A DNA stretch of 64,000 nt, from the NCBI GenBank assembly GCA_965644295.1, contig CBFFRP010000078.1, positions 124,001-188,000 of the forward strand, read 5' to 3'. Of this stretch, positions 51,437 to 64,000 are shown in pieces. The stretch's first letter is position 1. Each line of letters opens with the position of its first letter. The DNA is from Paraphysomonas bandaiensis. Taxonomy: Eukaryota > Protista > Chrysophyceae. The notes beneath the pieces are model-generated. The model did not search any database and was not told the DNA's origin. It saw only the letters and a list, made by a program, of their open reading frames with translations. A program made the position numbers and the translations under genes.

Positions 51437-51933
51437 GATTCCTTGACTGTATGTATGAATGTTCTAGATGATGTACTGGATGTTCATACTGAATATATGC
51501 AACGAATTGATTGAGGGTTTTGAAACTATTGAATGATATCTTGTGCTTGATACTGATGCTGTATTCATCTGATATCCATGGACATTGCTACATACAGTAG
51601 ATGAACAGATGCAGTAATGTAAGTATATGCATGTAATGAATGGGTTCATATCTTGTTCTCACTGTACATACATGTATGCACAGGAGTATGGAGATCAACT
51701 TTCATGACGTCACCAAAATAGTATTTTTCCGTTCAAAACTACAGGTTTATGTAAAAACGTGAGGTTTCTGCAAAAAAAAGTCCAAGCAATTCGTCCACTA
51801 CAGCATGAAGTCTCTATATACCAGTACATGTCATGCATATCCACCACGCAGCTACTGTGTATCTACCACCATATGTCAATAACTAGCTCTACTCGTACTC
51901 ATTCTCCACCCCACACAAGTTATTGACATCCTA

Positions 51934-52577
51934 ATGAAAGATACAGCATCATGTCATTGGTGCGGTAAAACAGATATATCATTACAACAATGCGCGAAGT
52001 GTCAGATTACCACTTATTGCTCCAGGTACATACATACATACATACATACATACATACATACATACATACATACATACATACATACATACATACATACATA
52101 CATACATACATACATACATACATACATACATACATACATACATACATACATACATACATACATACATACATACATACATACATACATACGTTAATACAAT
52201 CTTATTTATTATGAGACAGAGATTGTCAAAGATATGATTGGTTGAGTGTACACAAGAAGATATGTAGATCTCCAGTATTATCTACTCCCCCTCGTGTTGA
52301 TGTGTATTATGGTCATACTGATACGAAGACTGAATATGAGGAATATGCAGCTGTAATATTAAGAACACGTGAAGATCAAATTGATTATGTCAATGATATA
52401 CATTCGCCTTGTCGTAACCGTGTATACGAGATTCTTCATGAGATTAGTGATTCGGAATTGGCATCGAAGTATGGAGCAGACAAGATAACATGCTGTGGGT
52501 GGCTGCAAGATATAGAGCTGAAGAATAGGATATTGCGGGAGTATGGGTACCCGATTTCTAATAACGATATTAGTTGA
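51934..52577 (+). CDS. MYND zinc-finger protein (intron 52026-52219; 3' end uncertain)
   Basis: Splicing gives CHWCGK....LQQCAKCQITTYCSR|DCQRYDWLSVHKKIC, a complete MYND finger. Confidence 0.8.
52027..52189 (+). repeat. (TACA)n microsatellite filling most of the MYND gene intron
   Basis: Pure array starting within the GT donor (AG|GTACATACA...). Confidence 0.97.
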
Positions 52578-53530
52578 AAGGTTGTGTAGTTAGATAGTTA
52601 AGGTGCCTATCTAAAGTAATCTTGTATATTAAGTCAAAGTGATTATATAATGTTGCTTCACAGATTATTAACTCTACTTGTCAGTATAGTTCACTTCATT
52701 ACAGTGTTGGCTTGATGCATATAGAATGTTTGTTCGAATGTGGCATCATCTTTTTTCTCAATTATTTTACACATAATTAACAAGATTTGACTTGTGGATA
52801 GTTAATTAACTTAAAGCTTAATGTAACTGAATGTTGGATATACTCCATGCATAATCAATAGTAAAATTATAATCAATATCACTTATCACTCATTGTCATT
52901 CACGAAGGTTTATATTACCTTAACCACCAATCAATATTATCATATTTTCTACAGTCGCGGAAACATTCAGGTAATTTATTTCAGTTTTTCTAACTAACTC
53001 ATAGCTCAATGCCTATTATTATAATACTGCTTCTAATTACTGTACTATTAAAGCAGCAGTTATACTTCAAAAATCTTAATTGCTCAATATCGAATAACTC
53101 AAGAATAGCTACACATACTACAAGTTCCAAGTTCCACTGCACTACATATTACATATAACAACATTTACAGTATTTTTCTATGTCCTATCATTCAAGGAGT
53201 AAGCATAAAAATAACTTTACCAAACAAATTGTTCTCAATTTCCATGAGTTTTGATTAACTTATTCCACAATTATTTAAGCATTACAAAAATTGAGCTACG
53301 ACAACCTATGATAAGATTCTTCGGCATTATTTACCATACTCTATACATAAAAACCACAGCATTAATCCAGCGTAGATGCAAAAAACAGCTTCCTAACGGA
53401 ATGACTTTCATCCCACAAGCCAATACTCTTGGGAGCATCAATATCATTCACAGTTACCCTTAACGAAAGTGGGCACCAATATGCCCCTAAATCACAAACG
53501 AATGTAATTAGTATTTAACGACCACACTGT

Positions 53531-55548
53531 TCAGAACAGCACCTGTATTTTCCGAATATGAGACTTGCATAAAAATTGCCTCCGGGCAAGTTCGCGTGTC
53601 GCCCTGTAATAACGAGTTATACTAAATAAGCAACAAGAGAGTTCGAACCGGAGGAAGATATCAAGATCCACAGATCGGTTATTTTGTGAGACAAGAGCTC
53701 TGCAATAAAATACATGTCACGAGTTAAGAACAATAGTAACACGAGAACAACACTAATTATACCTTTCCAAGTAGTATAATGCATCATCAATCGCTAAGAA
53801 TTCCGACTGTAGACCCACCTGTATAGGCATCACACTACTCACCAACACACAATGATATCTCAATCACCCACCAGTTGAACAGAAAGTTCATCGTACGGAA
53901 CTAAGCGACTATCAAGCTGAAAAAAAATTGGAAATAAAAGAAGTACACATGTACGTATTCAAACAGCCCAACAGTAATAAGTGTTCCACCAACAGCAATG
54001 AATGACAACAAGATGAAATATGATCACAATTCGATACGCACATTCTCTTCATTTCTAACTGCTTCTTTTTCTCTAGAAGATATCCACCCATCTAGCGACT
54101 TCTCTTTCGATTTTAGACCACTATCAACATGAAAATTGCATGAGCCGTCATTTTCACATGCATATGTTGAGCGTACGATGCGACTACGCAGCTTACGCCT
54201 GCTTATCAATTCTAGTGAACATGTCACTCTTCCACCTTACCTGATTTCCATACTACATTTGTCTTTCATCGCACGAAGTTCTACTAGCTTTTTATTCGCG
54301 GTGTCCTGTATCATGCACATAGGAGGGTCAACCAGCAGCGTACATAAATCAGCCAGCAGAACATTACTATAGACATCAAGGATACTCTACAGTTACAATA
54401 TACGGTAGCATTACCAAGCTGCTGTTTAATTCTTTTTGCACTTTGAGTTCCTGTTCAATATCACCTGTTCATATACTACATTATTAATGACGGACGGTCA
54501 AGAATTTATATTCACCCTTGATTCTGGTTTGCATCATTAGAATTTCTTCCTGAAATTTATTAGTTACTTCCTGGACAAGCTTGTCTTTGTTTTGTTCCTT
54601 CAGATGGTCCGGGATGTGCATCGATGTAACTACACCTTGTACGGGTGCGGCACGAGAGTGGTAATTACCATAGCCACTGGTAGACGACGAATATGAAGAT
54701 GGTGGTGAAGAATTGTGTGGATACGGGGTGGGAATAGGAGTACCCTGAACCACTCGAGCTTTAGCAGTTGCGAATTGAGCATGAGCACTGCTGCTGTTAC
54801 TGGAAGAAGAATTCACTTTGGAGAAAAGTGGTGGGTGATTGCCAAATACACCACACATTACAGAGACAAGATCTTTCAGTGTTGAGGTTGAAGGATTCCA
54901 GTTGTGAAGATATGGTAGATAGACTAGTCCTTGGGTATCCACATGAGGGTGGTTAGCCTTAATCACCATATCTACAAATCACAAGTCAGGTACCTAAGCG
55001 GTGGGAATTGGGATACATATATTCAGTGTCAACAACATACTATGAGAAATTATACAATCGACTATGAGTCGTAATAGTGTACATATATTAACATACTTGC
55101 AGTGGGTCGAACGTATATCTGAGGGGGTGCACTCGGGTATTGCTCTGTAACGTACACTTCCACAGGAATATTATACTACAATATACGAGTAAGACAATCT
55201 TACACTAATATTGACGTCTAAAGACTCACCTGAGTTCCACTATATATAATCGGAACCGTCCCTTCAAGATCCAAAACACGATGAGAAGTCCCATTATTTT
55301 GTACTATAGATATACATACACATCAATACATATAGCATATAAATAATAAAATATTTACTTAATGTTCCTATTTTAGGGACTAATGTCTTCACATGTCCTA
55401 ATAGGGTTTGTACATCATATTTGATACGTCCTCTGTCCTGAATATGTATGTATATATTATAAGTAGAGTGTAATATAGAAGAGTGACTGTATACCCGAAA
55501 ATTTAATTGATTTAATAGGATTTCCAACTGATGAGATACTGTAGTCAT
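53531..55548 (-). CDS. TSG101: ESCRT-I subunit TSG101/Vps23; multi-exon
   Basis: UEV domain LEGTVPIIYSGTQ|YNIPV....YPSAPP..YVRPT|.MVIKANHPHVDTQGLVYLPYLHNW; Pro/Ser-rich linker; steadiness box IDDALYYL...DLDIFL...RELARRQF. Confidence 0.92.
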
Positions 55549-56252
55549 GGGGAAGTTAACAGGTGAGAAACACACAGATAGATTTGGTTATTTGTAATAA
55601 GAGAAGGATGATAATCTCTTCTCACTATTCTCTTATATATAGTACGATAGTACTGTACCTGATAGGAGTGTATATCCTTGTCTATGTATATGGGTATATG
55701 GGTATATATTATATATGGTATACTTGATATACTCTGTCTATACCAGCAGGAATTTCTTATGGAGTCTACAGTGTACATACAACTCAGCACAGTATCTGTG
55801 TTTTTTAGGCAAGAAATGTTGCCGAATAGTGAATAGTACATAAACTTCTGTATTTTGAGTCTATGACAACTTTTTTTGGGGGATTTTCGTTTTAGTTGAT
55901 GAAAAATATTAGATTTTGTATATGGTATGTAGTTTTTCATACAGCAGTTCAACTATCGGCTAGATACTACGACGTATATACATATATACTGTATATAGGG
56001 AGCGCACACATTGGCTATTTTGAATTTTCCCTATACATAAATACGTGCGTGTTCTTCTCACAACTCTGGAACTGCACAATATCATCAAGTAAACCCTAAG
56101 AAGAGCGAAGTGTCATAGATGATGTCGAAGTTCACATAAGTCACACTTCTTTCTCTATATCTTCAAATTCCAAACTATACGATACATACGTATATATATA
56201 TATATATATGCTACTATAGTTATAATCTGATCACATCTATACTATTATTACA

Positions 56253-59200
56253 ATGAAATCACGTCTAATTAAAATGTTTTCAAATAAAATGAATTCAAAT
56301 GAGATACAATATACATTATCAGAAGATATATCCAAATCTTTAATATTAATATGTATTGAATTATGTAAACGTCGACAAACATCACGTGTATTAGATAACA
56401 TTCAATCCAAAGAGGTTGATAAGCTTATATCATTAATAGAAAATAAATCCATAACATCAAAAGATTTAAATAATGTTATTGATACAAATATTTTATGGAC
56501 AACATTATTAAAAATACTTGAAAGATGTGATCCTATTATTTCAACTGATATGAATAATGAGATTATTAAATCAGATGATATGACTGATATATCGAAAGTT
56601 ATCTCTAAATTACCTGTACATCATAAGAAGTTACTTGGAGCATTAATACCAATGGCAGAGGCTCTAGGAGAAGACAATATACCACTCGCAGAGCAAATGC
56701 TATCTCAATTAGGGAGTGCTATTATATCTCCCTCGGACTCAGGTAATAATTTATATTTAACTGTAAGGTGTACACTGCTTGTTGATATAATAGATATAAG
56801 ATGTATTGTAATACTTGATTAATTCGCAGGTATGATGCGGGAGAAAGCTTCTATTGAAACTGTATTCGTCAAGTTTGCTTCCAATAGAAAATACCTGCTT
56901 CCAAGTGCCTTAGATTTCTATATGGAAGCCGGAATCTTAGAGCTTCCAAACTCTGGCCAATTTTGGGACTCTTTAGCTGATAACCGTCCCTTCGAAGGAG
57001 ATTCTGTGTCCGGTAGTAGCGTTACAAGTCAACATTCACAAGTCTCGTCTCTTGAGGAAATGCCTAGCGGTGCGAATTTATCTCGTTTGGATAGACAGCG
57101 TAGCGACATGCTATCCCGTCTTCAGATCGAGAACTCATTCGATATGGACAGTGACGAAGAGAACGAAGAAGCACCAGTACTAAGTATTCATGCCCCGTCG
57201 ATACCTCCCTCTCATGTTCCCACACCCGCTGGAGCCCCTCCGGTTTTAGGTGCGAAGGAGGTACCTGTTTTCCTACAGCGGGGGGAGGGGTCTAATACGT
57301 CGCCTGTTAGCCGAAATGGTGAAAAATCGGACACCTACGACCAAGTGAAGGCTATATACGACCGGTGTGCGGGTGAAACAAAGAATGGAGCAGATATTAG
57401 GTAAGAGTATAAGTGACGCACACAAATAATCATCATTTGATGTGCACTGTGTATGATGTTTATAAGATTTTTGTTTCTGCGTTAAATACACAAGTGTGTC
57501 TACAACTTATACATTAACTACGCAGCGATATTGTGAAGCACCTAAGGGCTACCTTTGGATCTTCGTCGACTGACTTGAGAACCGAACTTATTGCTGCTAT
57601 CCCTCTGGGTAAGTAGATAAAGATGTTACGATTTAAGATTGTTTGGATATATATTGGCTAGCTATTGATAAATCATACCATGGATCCTACTTTAATAGTG
57701 GTATATCAGGTTGCAAGACATCTACCATAACATGGCCTCAATTGAAGGTATACTTCTATCTGTTATCTGTATGTTTATTAGGGAATGCACTCATCGCAAT
57801 TCAGGACATCTTGCAGTCTGATGTGCTGAGGGACCTCAAACTGGTGTCTACGAAGACACCTCTTGTATCCCATTTGTCAGAATCTTCCATTCCTTCTGTA
57901 GATGCCAGTGGACCCATTAACTCAAGATCGCGTCACCCTTGCACCACCCCGGTGAGTGAGGTTAGCATTAGTGATAGCGCAAGGGATAGTCCGAGTAGCC
58001 AGCTGGATAGTGGGGACGGCAGGCAAGTACGCGGAAACGTGAGGGATGGTCGACATTCCTTGTCCCGCATGGCGTTGGAGAATTCTTCTAGACTGGACCC
58101 CCTGGTTGCGTCATTCTCAAGTCCACCGAGGGCCATGTCCTCTTTAAAATCCATTGAAACAGAAGATATTCAAGACTTTTCTCAAAGCAACTCTCGTTCG
58201 TCTAGGCGGCGCCATGCCCCAGTACCCAACTCTGAGGTATATTTCCGTTAGTTTTAGAAAACGAGTACTGTACTTTTATTGTTTGATACATGTATGTCTT
58301 ATTTATATATGTAGTTGTCGACATTTAATACAGCAGATACTGATGACTTCCACGATATCGAGAGCATCACTTCACTTTCACCAGAGAAGCCCGGAGATAG
58401 ACAGAGAAAAAAGGATGTCCCACTTTTTTTACAGCCTTTTAACGAGTCGAGTAAAAGTCCTGGTGATGATATGGATGTGCTGGATTGGAGCGCAGAATAC
58501 AGTCCGAATAAGACACCTGGGGGGCGACGGTCTATTGCACGTGGGGGTGTGCCCTCGGGAGATCAGAGATTGCGTTCTGATCATGTTTCGCCTTCCAAGA
58601 ACAGCTTAGATTCATCAGCTGAATTCTTAGACTCGATTCCGAATATTGGTTCTGTTGCCCGAGCACCAAGAGGGCGTAGACATAATAAAAGCGAAGCTTC
58701 GTTGAGCCCATCTCGTCGGAGAAGAGGTGAGGATTGGCATGGTGTTGGAGGTAAGAGTGGATGTTAAGTATAGTTATATATTACTGGGGTTGCTAACGTG
58801 GTGTGTGCAACAGATGGCAGTACAGGCATCAGTGTAGATCTAGACGTGTCCTGGGATGAAGAGGATATTCCGCCTCGACCACATCGCATAAGTCCGAAAA
58901 GCCCTCACGTGAAGCAAACAGATTCGTCGCAACATCTGTCGCTTAATACAATCAGTCCTGGAAGTAATTCAACAATTGATAGAGCCGCTCTTATGCGCCG
59001 AAATAATAGTGAGGCCAGCTGTGTTAGTGACCATGGGAAAGCTAATACCAGTATGGACGAAGCGTATATACGTGCATGTTTGGGGGGCGAAGATTTACTG
59101 CCTCCGATGGGGGCTGCTGTTATAAGTGATGATACGATGGAAGACATTGTTGAAGCTGAAAAACCTGCCACAATAAAGAAACCTCGTCGCGGAAGGGCGA

Positions 59201-62200
59201 ATATGTTTTCTCTCACTGCTCTAGATATCTCTCAGAGCTCCTTGGATGAATCGGCTGATCTTGGAGCCGCCACCGGACAGCGTATACCCGTCCAGTCAGG
59301 GTCGAAGTCATCACGTGACGACAGTCGCACTGGCAGTTTCGATGGAATGTCTAAGCTGACATCACAGCGAAGCAGTGGCAATTGCAGTGTCAAGACGGAT
59401 GAGGAGAGCAAAGCTATTGGCGATGCATTTGATTCGAAGCCAACGTCAGCCATTACGAATTCTGCAGAAGAAAAAACTTCGCTCCATCGACAGGACTCTG
59501 ATAAATCTAAAGGGGTATCGGAGGATGGTTCCGAAAAGATATCACAAGAAACTGGTAGTGGAAAGAGGTCATTCAAAAAGAAGTTCTCCGGCGTTTTTTC
59601 TTCGGCATCAAAGCTATTAGGGCACCACGATAGTGATATAACAAGGACAAAGGTGGATAGGAATAGTGAAGAAGGTAATTTCAATCACCGGGATGAAAAA
59701 CAAAGTAGTGCGAATCCACAAAGTGATAATAATAGAGGAATGAAAAAGTTTGAGTCGGAGCCCAAGCCAGTGCCCAACAATTCAGAAAGTAAAATTCAGA
59801 AAAAAGATGAGAAAGGTTCCTCATCTGGCAATATGGGTATGTTTTCGCGATCCAAGACAGGGCCATCCCGGCATTCTTCATCCTGGGGTAGTAAAGGGTT
59901 CAAATCTTTCTTAGGACTGAAGAATAGAGCAAGTTCTTTTGGCCGCTCTAGAGCAGAGACGATGAGCTCAACCGATGAGGAAGATATCTGTGGAGACAGT
60001 GATGACGAGAGAAATATAGAGCGCAGCGAACCAGGTGATATAGACACCAAAGCATCTGAAATTAAACCACCAGTATCTCAATTGAAAGAATCATCGATGA
60101 GTAGTGCCGAATCACCACCTATGAATAAGAAGGAAACGGGAAATCTGAAAAGACCTGCGTCCCAGAGCAGTATGATAAGTCAATCTCATGATTCGTTGGT
60201 GTCTGAGCGCTCACAAACATCCTTATCGAATAGAATTTCTGATGATGACTTGGATATACAACAACATTCTCTGAGTGTGTTGGAAGTTGGATCCGAAACT
60301 CCTACTGAATTGGATAATTGCGCTGACTCTCACCGAGATAAGGATGTAAATGGATCTTCCGAGAATCGGTCTTCCGCAAAGGCTTTTCGCAAGTCATTTT
60401 CTGCACACCTCGTGGGAATTCCTCGTGGTGGAACACCGGCACCAGAGGACAAGAAGTCTAAGAGAGGCCTATTTCAGATATTGACGCGTAGTAATAGTGA
60501 TGCCGCTCTATCGGAGAAAAAGGACAAAGATATTCTTGTTGCAGATACGAAAGGCGGTGTTCCTTCTCTGGATGATAACGTCAGACAAATGTTAAATAGC
60601 ATGCAGGACAAAGCGACCGATGAGGCTCCGAATCATGTTGAAGGAGTTGAAACGAAGTATGATTCTTCTGACACAAATCTGAAGCAATCAGAGGGTTTGC
60701 GTATTACTGCAGACACAACGACTAACGTGACAGGAGAAAATATCTCATCGGCTCCTCCCTCACCTCAATCAGAGAAGGTGATGAGCAAGTCTCAGCCCTC
60801 TGTTCCTTCCCAGTCTCGTGGTATTATGATACCAACTGTCTCCACTCCCCAGAGACATCCAACAACGGGTATATCTCGATCTGATTCAACTGGTTTGGAT
60901 TGCCGTAGTGATGACGGTGTATGCCGCCCTGTGGATATTGGTGCCTTTGCAAGTGACGTTGATTCATCTTTGGAAATGTCAGGAAAATTTGAGAATGATA
61001 AACTTGCGCGTAAGGGTGCTGTTTCGGCGTCACAAAACACACCAAAAGGGTGGACTCATTCGGACGAAAACCGAAGTTGTGACTCCAGCAACGACTTTGG
61101 CTCTTCCTTTGTCAAGCGCCAAGGTGGCGCATCACCATCGAATATGAGTTCCTCTAATCCACAGATCAGTATTGGGGGGGATAAATATGAACAAGAAAAG
61201 CCTGAATTACGCCTTGGCAGTTCCGATGTTCCTTCCGTAAAATCAACAAGTATACAACAAGGAAGGTCGAAAGAAAATTTTTTGTCTGCTGAGGTTCGTG
61301 CGAACGAACTAGATACAAGTGTGAGATACACATCGGGTCAGATTCTTGTCCCGATTTCGGGACAAGGTCAGATTTCGGGGGATGTGGTATCAGAAGGAAC
61401 GAATCTATCTGGGAAGAACGCAAAGAGCAGTTATCGTTCACCACCAAATGAAGGTATTGAGCGTAACAATGACAATATAGCCACAGGGTGTGAAGCGCGA
61501 GTTGGAAAGGATCAGTCTGTAATTATTGAAGACCGTGATGACTTGTCTGTGAATGTTAGAGAGGAGTTTATGTCTAGTCGACGGAGTGGGCAGAGTTCTC
61601 AGCTAGACGATTCGAATGATCGGGACCGCAGACAAAGTAATTTGTACGACTGTGTTGTTACTTCCGATGATCGTATCAAAGATCCAATTCGCGGAACCAA
61701 GGTCGGATTGCGTAAAGATCGTGGTGCTACTGTACCAGTTGCGCAGTCTATACTAAATGCAAGGGAATCCGTTGGTGATGCGAGTTATGGTTTTGGCACT
61801 GTACACCACGGAAAGGATCGGGACCATCGGGGAATATACCGTGATTCACAAAAGCAACAGGAAATAAATAATATCAATGGTCATTATCCAAATGGACTTT
61901 CAATTTTGGAACCTTCGCAGAACGATGCTGATGACTTACGCGGGAATGCCGGACTTTCTTTTTCTGGGCACTATCCTGATGAGGCACAAGGCAACCGAAA
62001 TTCAGGTGAATACGTACCCATAGGCCATGAAGATCAATATTATCATCATGATGTTCAAAGTGATAAGTCCGTCCACCACGATGACAATGAGCCGCTGGTG
62101 GAAGAGGAGGGACATGGCGATCAATACAACCACTTCAATACACGAGTACGGGTAGACTCCATTCCCACAGTGAGTACAATAAGTGAAGATCCTACTCCAC

Positions 62201-62814
62201 TTCCTTCTCACCCACTTCTTGCCCGCATAATCTCAGAGCGTAGAGAACAACAACATCGCAATCAAGAGTACTACATGCAACTTCATCAACAGGAGCAGAT
62301 CATAAAGAATGAAGAGACCACTTTTTCTCGTGACCTTTGTCATAGTCTGAGCGGAGACTTATCGCATACATCACGGAGAGAGAGGAACGAGTACGGGTAC
62401 AGACTTGCTGAGCGCATTGAACTGAAACGCAAAGAGCGTCAAGAATTAAAAGGGGTTGCGAAAAAACGCAATTCGAGCACACGCCTTCCTGTGGCAGTTG
62501 AGCCTACAACTTTCGTGAACGGATACCCTGAGTACGTGTTAAAAGTATTTCCCCACCTCAAACCACGTCCCGAAAATAAACACGAGCCTCGAATGGAGTC
62601 ACGCGTTTGCCCTTCTGGAATTAACGTGATGCTGAACATATATGATGAGAAAGTGAAAACCGATATTGATAGTACTTGTGGTAGTGATGTCGTTTTAGAA
62701 GCAAACATGATGCCGCCAAAGGTAAAATCGAAAACGACACCTACATTTCATGTTCAAGCAAATTCAATAATTGGTGGTCGTTCGTCCCCACGTATTGCTA
62801 CTGCTACTGGCTAA
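56253..62814 (+). CDS. Very large, mostly Ser/Asp-rich low-complexity protein with a degenerate RhoGAP-like N-terminus; multi-exon
   Basis: Consecutive + ORFs (56253, 56832, 57643, 58315, 58798-62814) linked by GT-AG introns; DTNILWTTLLKILERCDPII...ISKVISKLPVHHKKLLGALI resembles the RhoGAP core. Confidence 0.7.
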
Positions 62815-63492
62815 TGAAGCGGAGCAATATTTTACGTCGTCACCGTTTTTGTATTAAAATAATATGTCTATGTAATGTAAATATTAAAAGTTGAGTTTTG
62901 CTCGTTTGATTGCTCTAGTGCTACATGTAATATGCTGGGGAATTCACCCACAACCCACAGGTGGTGAGGCACATGACTCTTCTCCTGAACAGAAATCTAG
63001 TTGGTATTAGTATTAATATAAATAGTAGCTTGAGTTGAGTTTTACTTATTGGGAAGCGAGTGAAAGCTGTAGTTTAAACGTTTTGAATTAGAGCCGTTAC
63101 TTGTTACTTTAAAAATACGTTTATATTATTATACTATTATAAAAAGACAGTATTATATAAACATCAGTGATGTGATATGAAGTAGCTTAGCTAAACTGAA
63201 AATATATTGACTGTACAAGATCGTGACTACCTATGTGTAGCAAAAATAGGGAGTTATGAAGCTATTATGGCACAATAGTAGTATGAGATGAGACGTAGAA
63301 ATAGTAGTCATTGATCAGAAAATATCAGTATAAAAGCCAGAAAATTGCTAATCATTCTTCATCATTCATTGTCACTCACCATATTGATGTTGCCACTACC
63401 ACCAACCAATATTTCACGACCTTATACAGTAATATAATATACAAGTTTCATTAGCCTAATTCAACTTCTTCGTTATCCTTGTCTTTATTATG

Positions 63493-63840
63493 TCATACAT
63501 AAAAAAAGTAGTCGTCGTCACTCATATCGGGATTGTCATGAAACCAGATACAATTTCTTTCCAATTCAAACTCATCGTAATCGTCGTAAGCCAATAGCAG
63601 ATTATGCAGACTAGCACAAGTCCTTACAATGTCGTTAACGAAGACTCTGTTCCGGTATATGATTGAATTCATCAACATACAAAAACGTAGTTTCAGAATT
63701 ATAAATGTACGTTTCACATCCTTTTTAATGGATTCAAGAAGTTCAGATGAGTACATTGATATCGCGTCATATCTATCAGCCCATGCGTCTATTGGAGAGT
63801 CAACTTTCTTGTAACCATCATTGACAATATCTTATGCACC
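63493..63840 (-). pseudogene. Decayed PIF/Harbinger (DDE_Tnp_4) transposase C-terminal fragment
   Basis: GA*DIVNDGY...LESIKKDVKRTFIILKLRF.ML...DIVRTCASLHNLLL resembles the D.GY...ES.RKDVE.TFG.LK.RF...C..LHN consensus; has an in-frame stop and catalytic E->K. Confidence 0.75.
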
Positions 63841-63941
63841 GGGTACAGTAATAGACATATCACTCTATTTGAAACATCAGTCTCATGATCATCCACTTAG
63901 AAATGACTCAACTATATAGTGATATGTCTGATACTTCAATT

Positions 63942-64000
63942 TATGGATGGATGGATGTATGTATGGATGTATGTATGTATGTATGTATGTATGTATGTAT
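63942..64000 (+). repeat. (TGGA)/(TGTA)n microsatellite running off the window end
   Basis: Read directly. Confidence 0.92.

Overview
Eukaryotic nuclear DNA with many short GT-AG introns (mostly about 50-100 nt). It comes from a flagellated ochrophyte stramenopile, inferred from a tubular-mastigoneme (Ocm1/Sig1-family) gene plus a bZIP-LOV aureochrome. About 19 host genes are present, mostly in head-to-head pairs. They include Sec20, a TPM-TM-RING protein, a myosin, DHX15/Prp43, HIRA, WASHC3 fused to EF-hands, CCDC25, a MORN protein, a DUF4286-like/2xPhnB fusion, an LRR protein, CENH3, a ureidoglycolate-lyase-like protein, aureochrome, a MYND protein, TSG101 and a very large RhoGAP-like/disordered protein. 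The standout feature is at 40549-47388: two near-identical copies of a 3.37-kb TA-flanked IS630-Tc1-mariner (DD33E) DNA transposon, 97 bp apart in opposite orientation, forming a 6.84-kb palindrome. Each copy carries two convergent genes, the transposase and an unknown 513-aa Cys/His-rich protein. Each 189-bp terminal inverted repeat contains the upstream leader region, an ATG-TAA minimal uORF and the first 13 coding nucleotides (MAAA) of the gene it faces, so both genes start from identical sequence. Also present are several CAGGGC-ended repeat remnants, two foldback elements, (TACA)n arrays that begin at splice-donor-like sites, and a decayed Harbinger transposase. Multi-exon gene coordinates are hand-spliced spans; no database searches were run.
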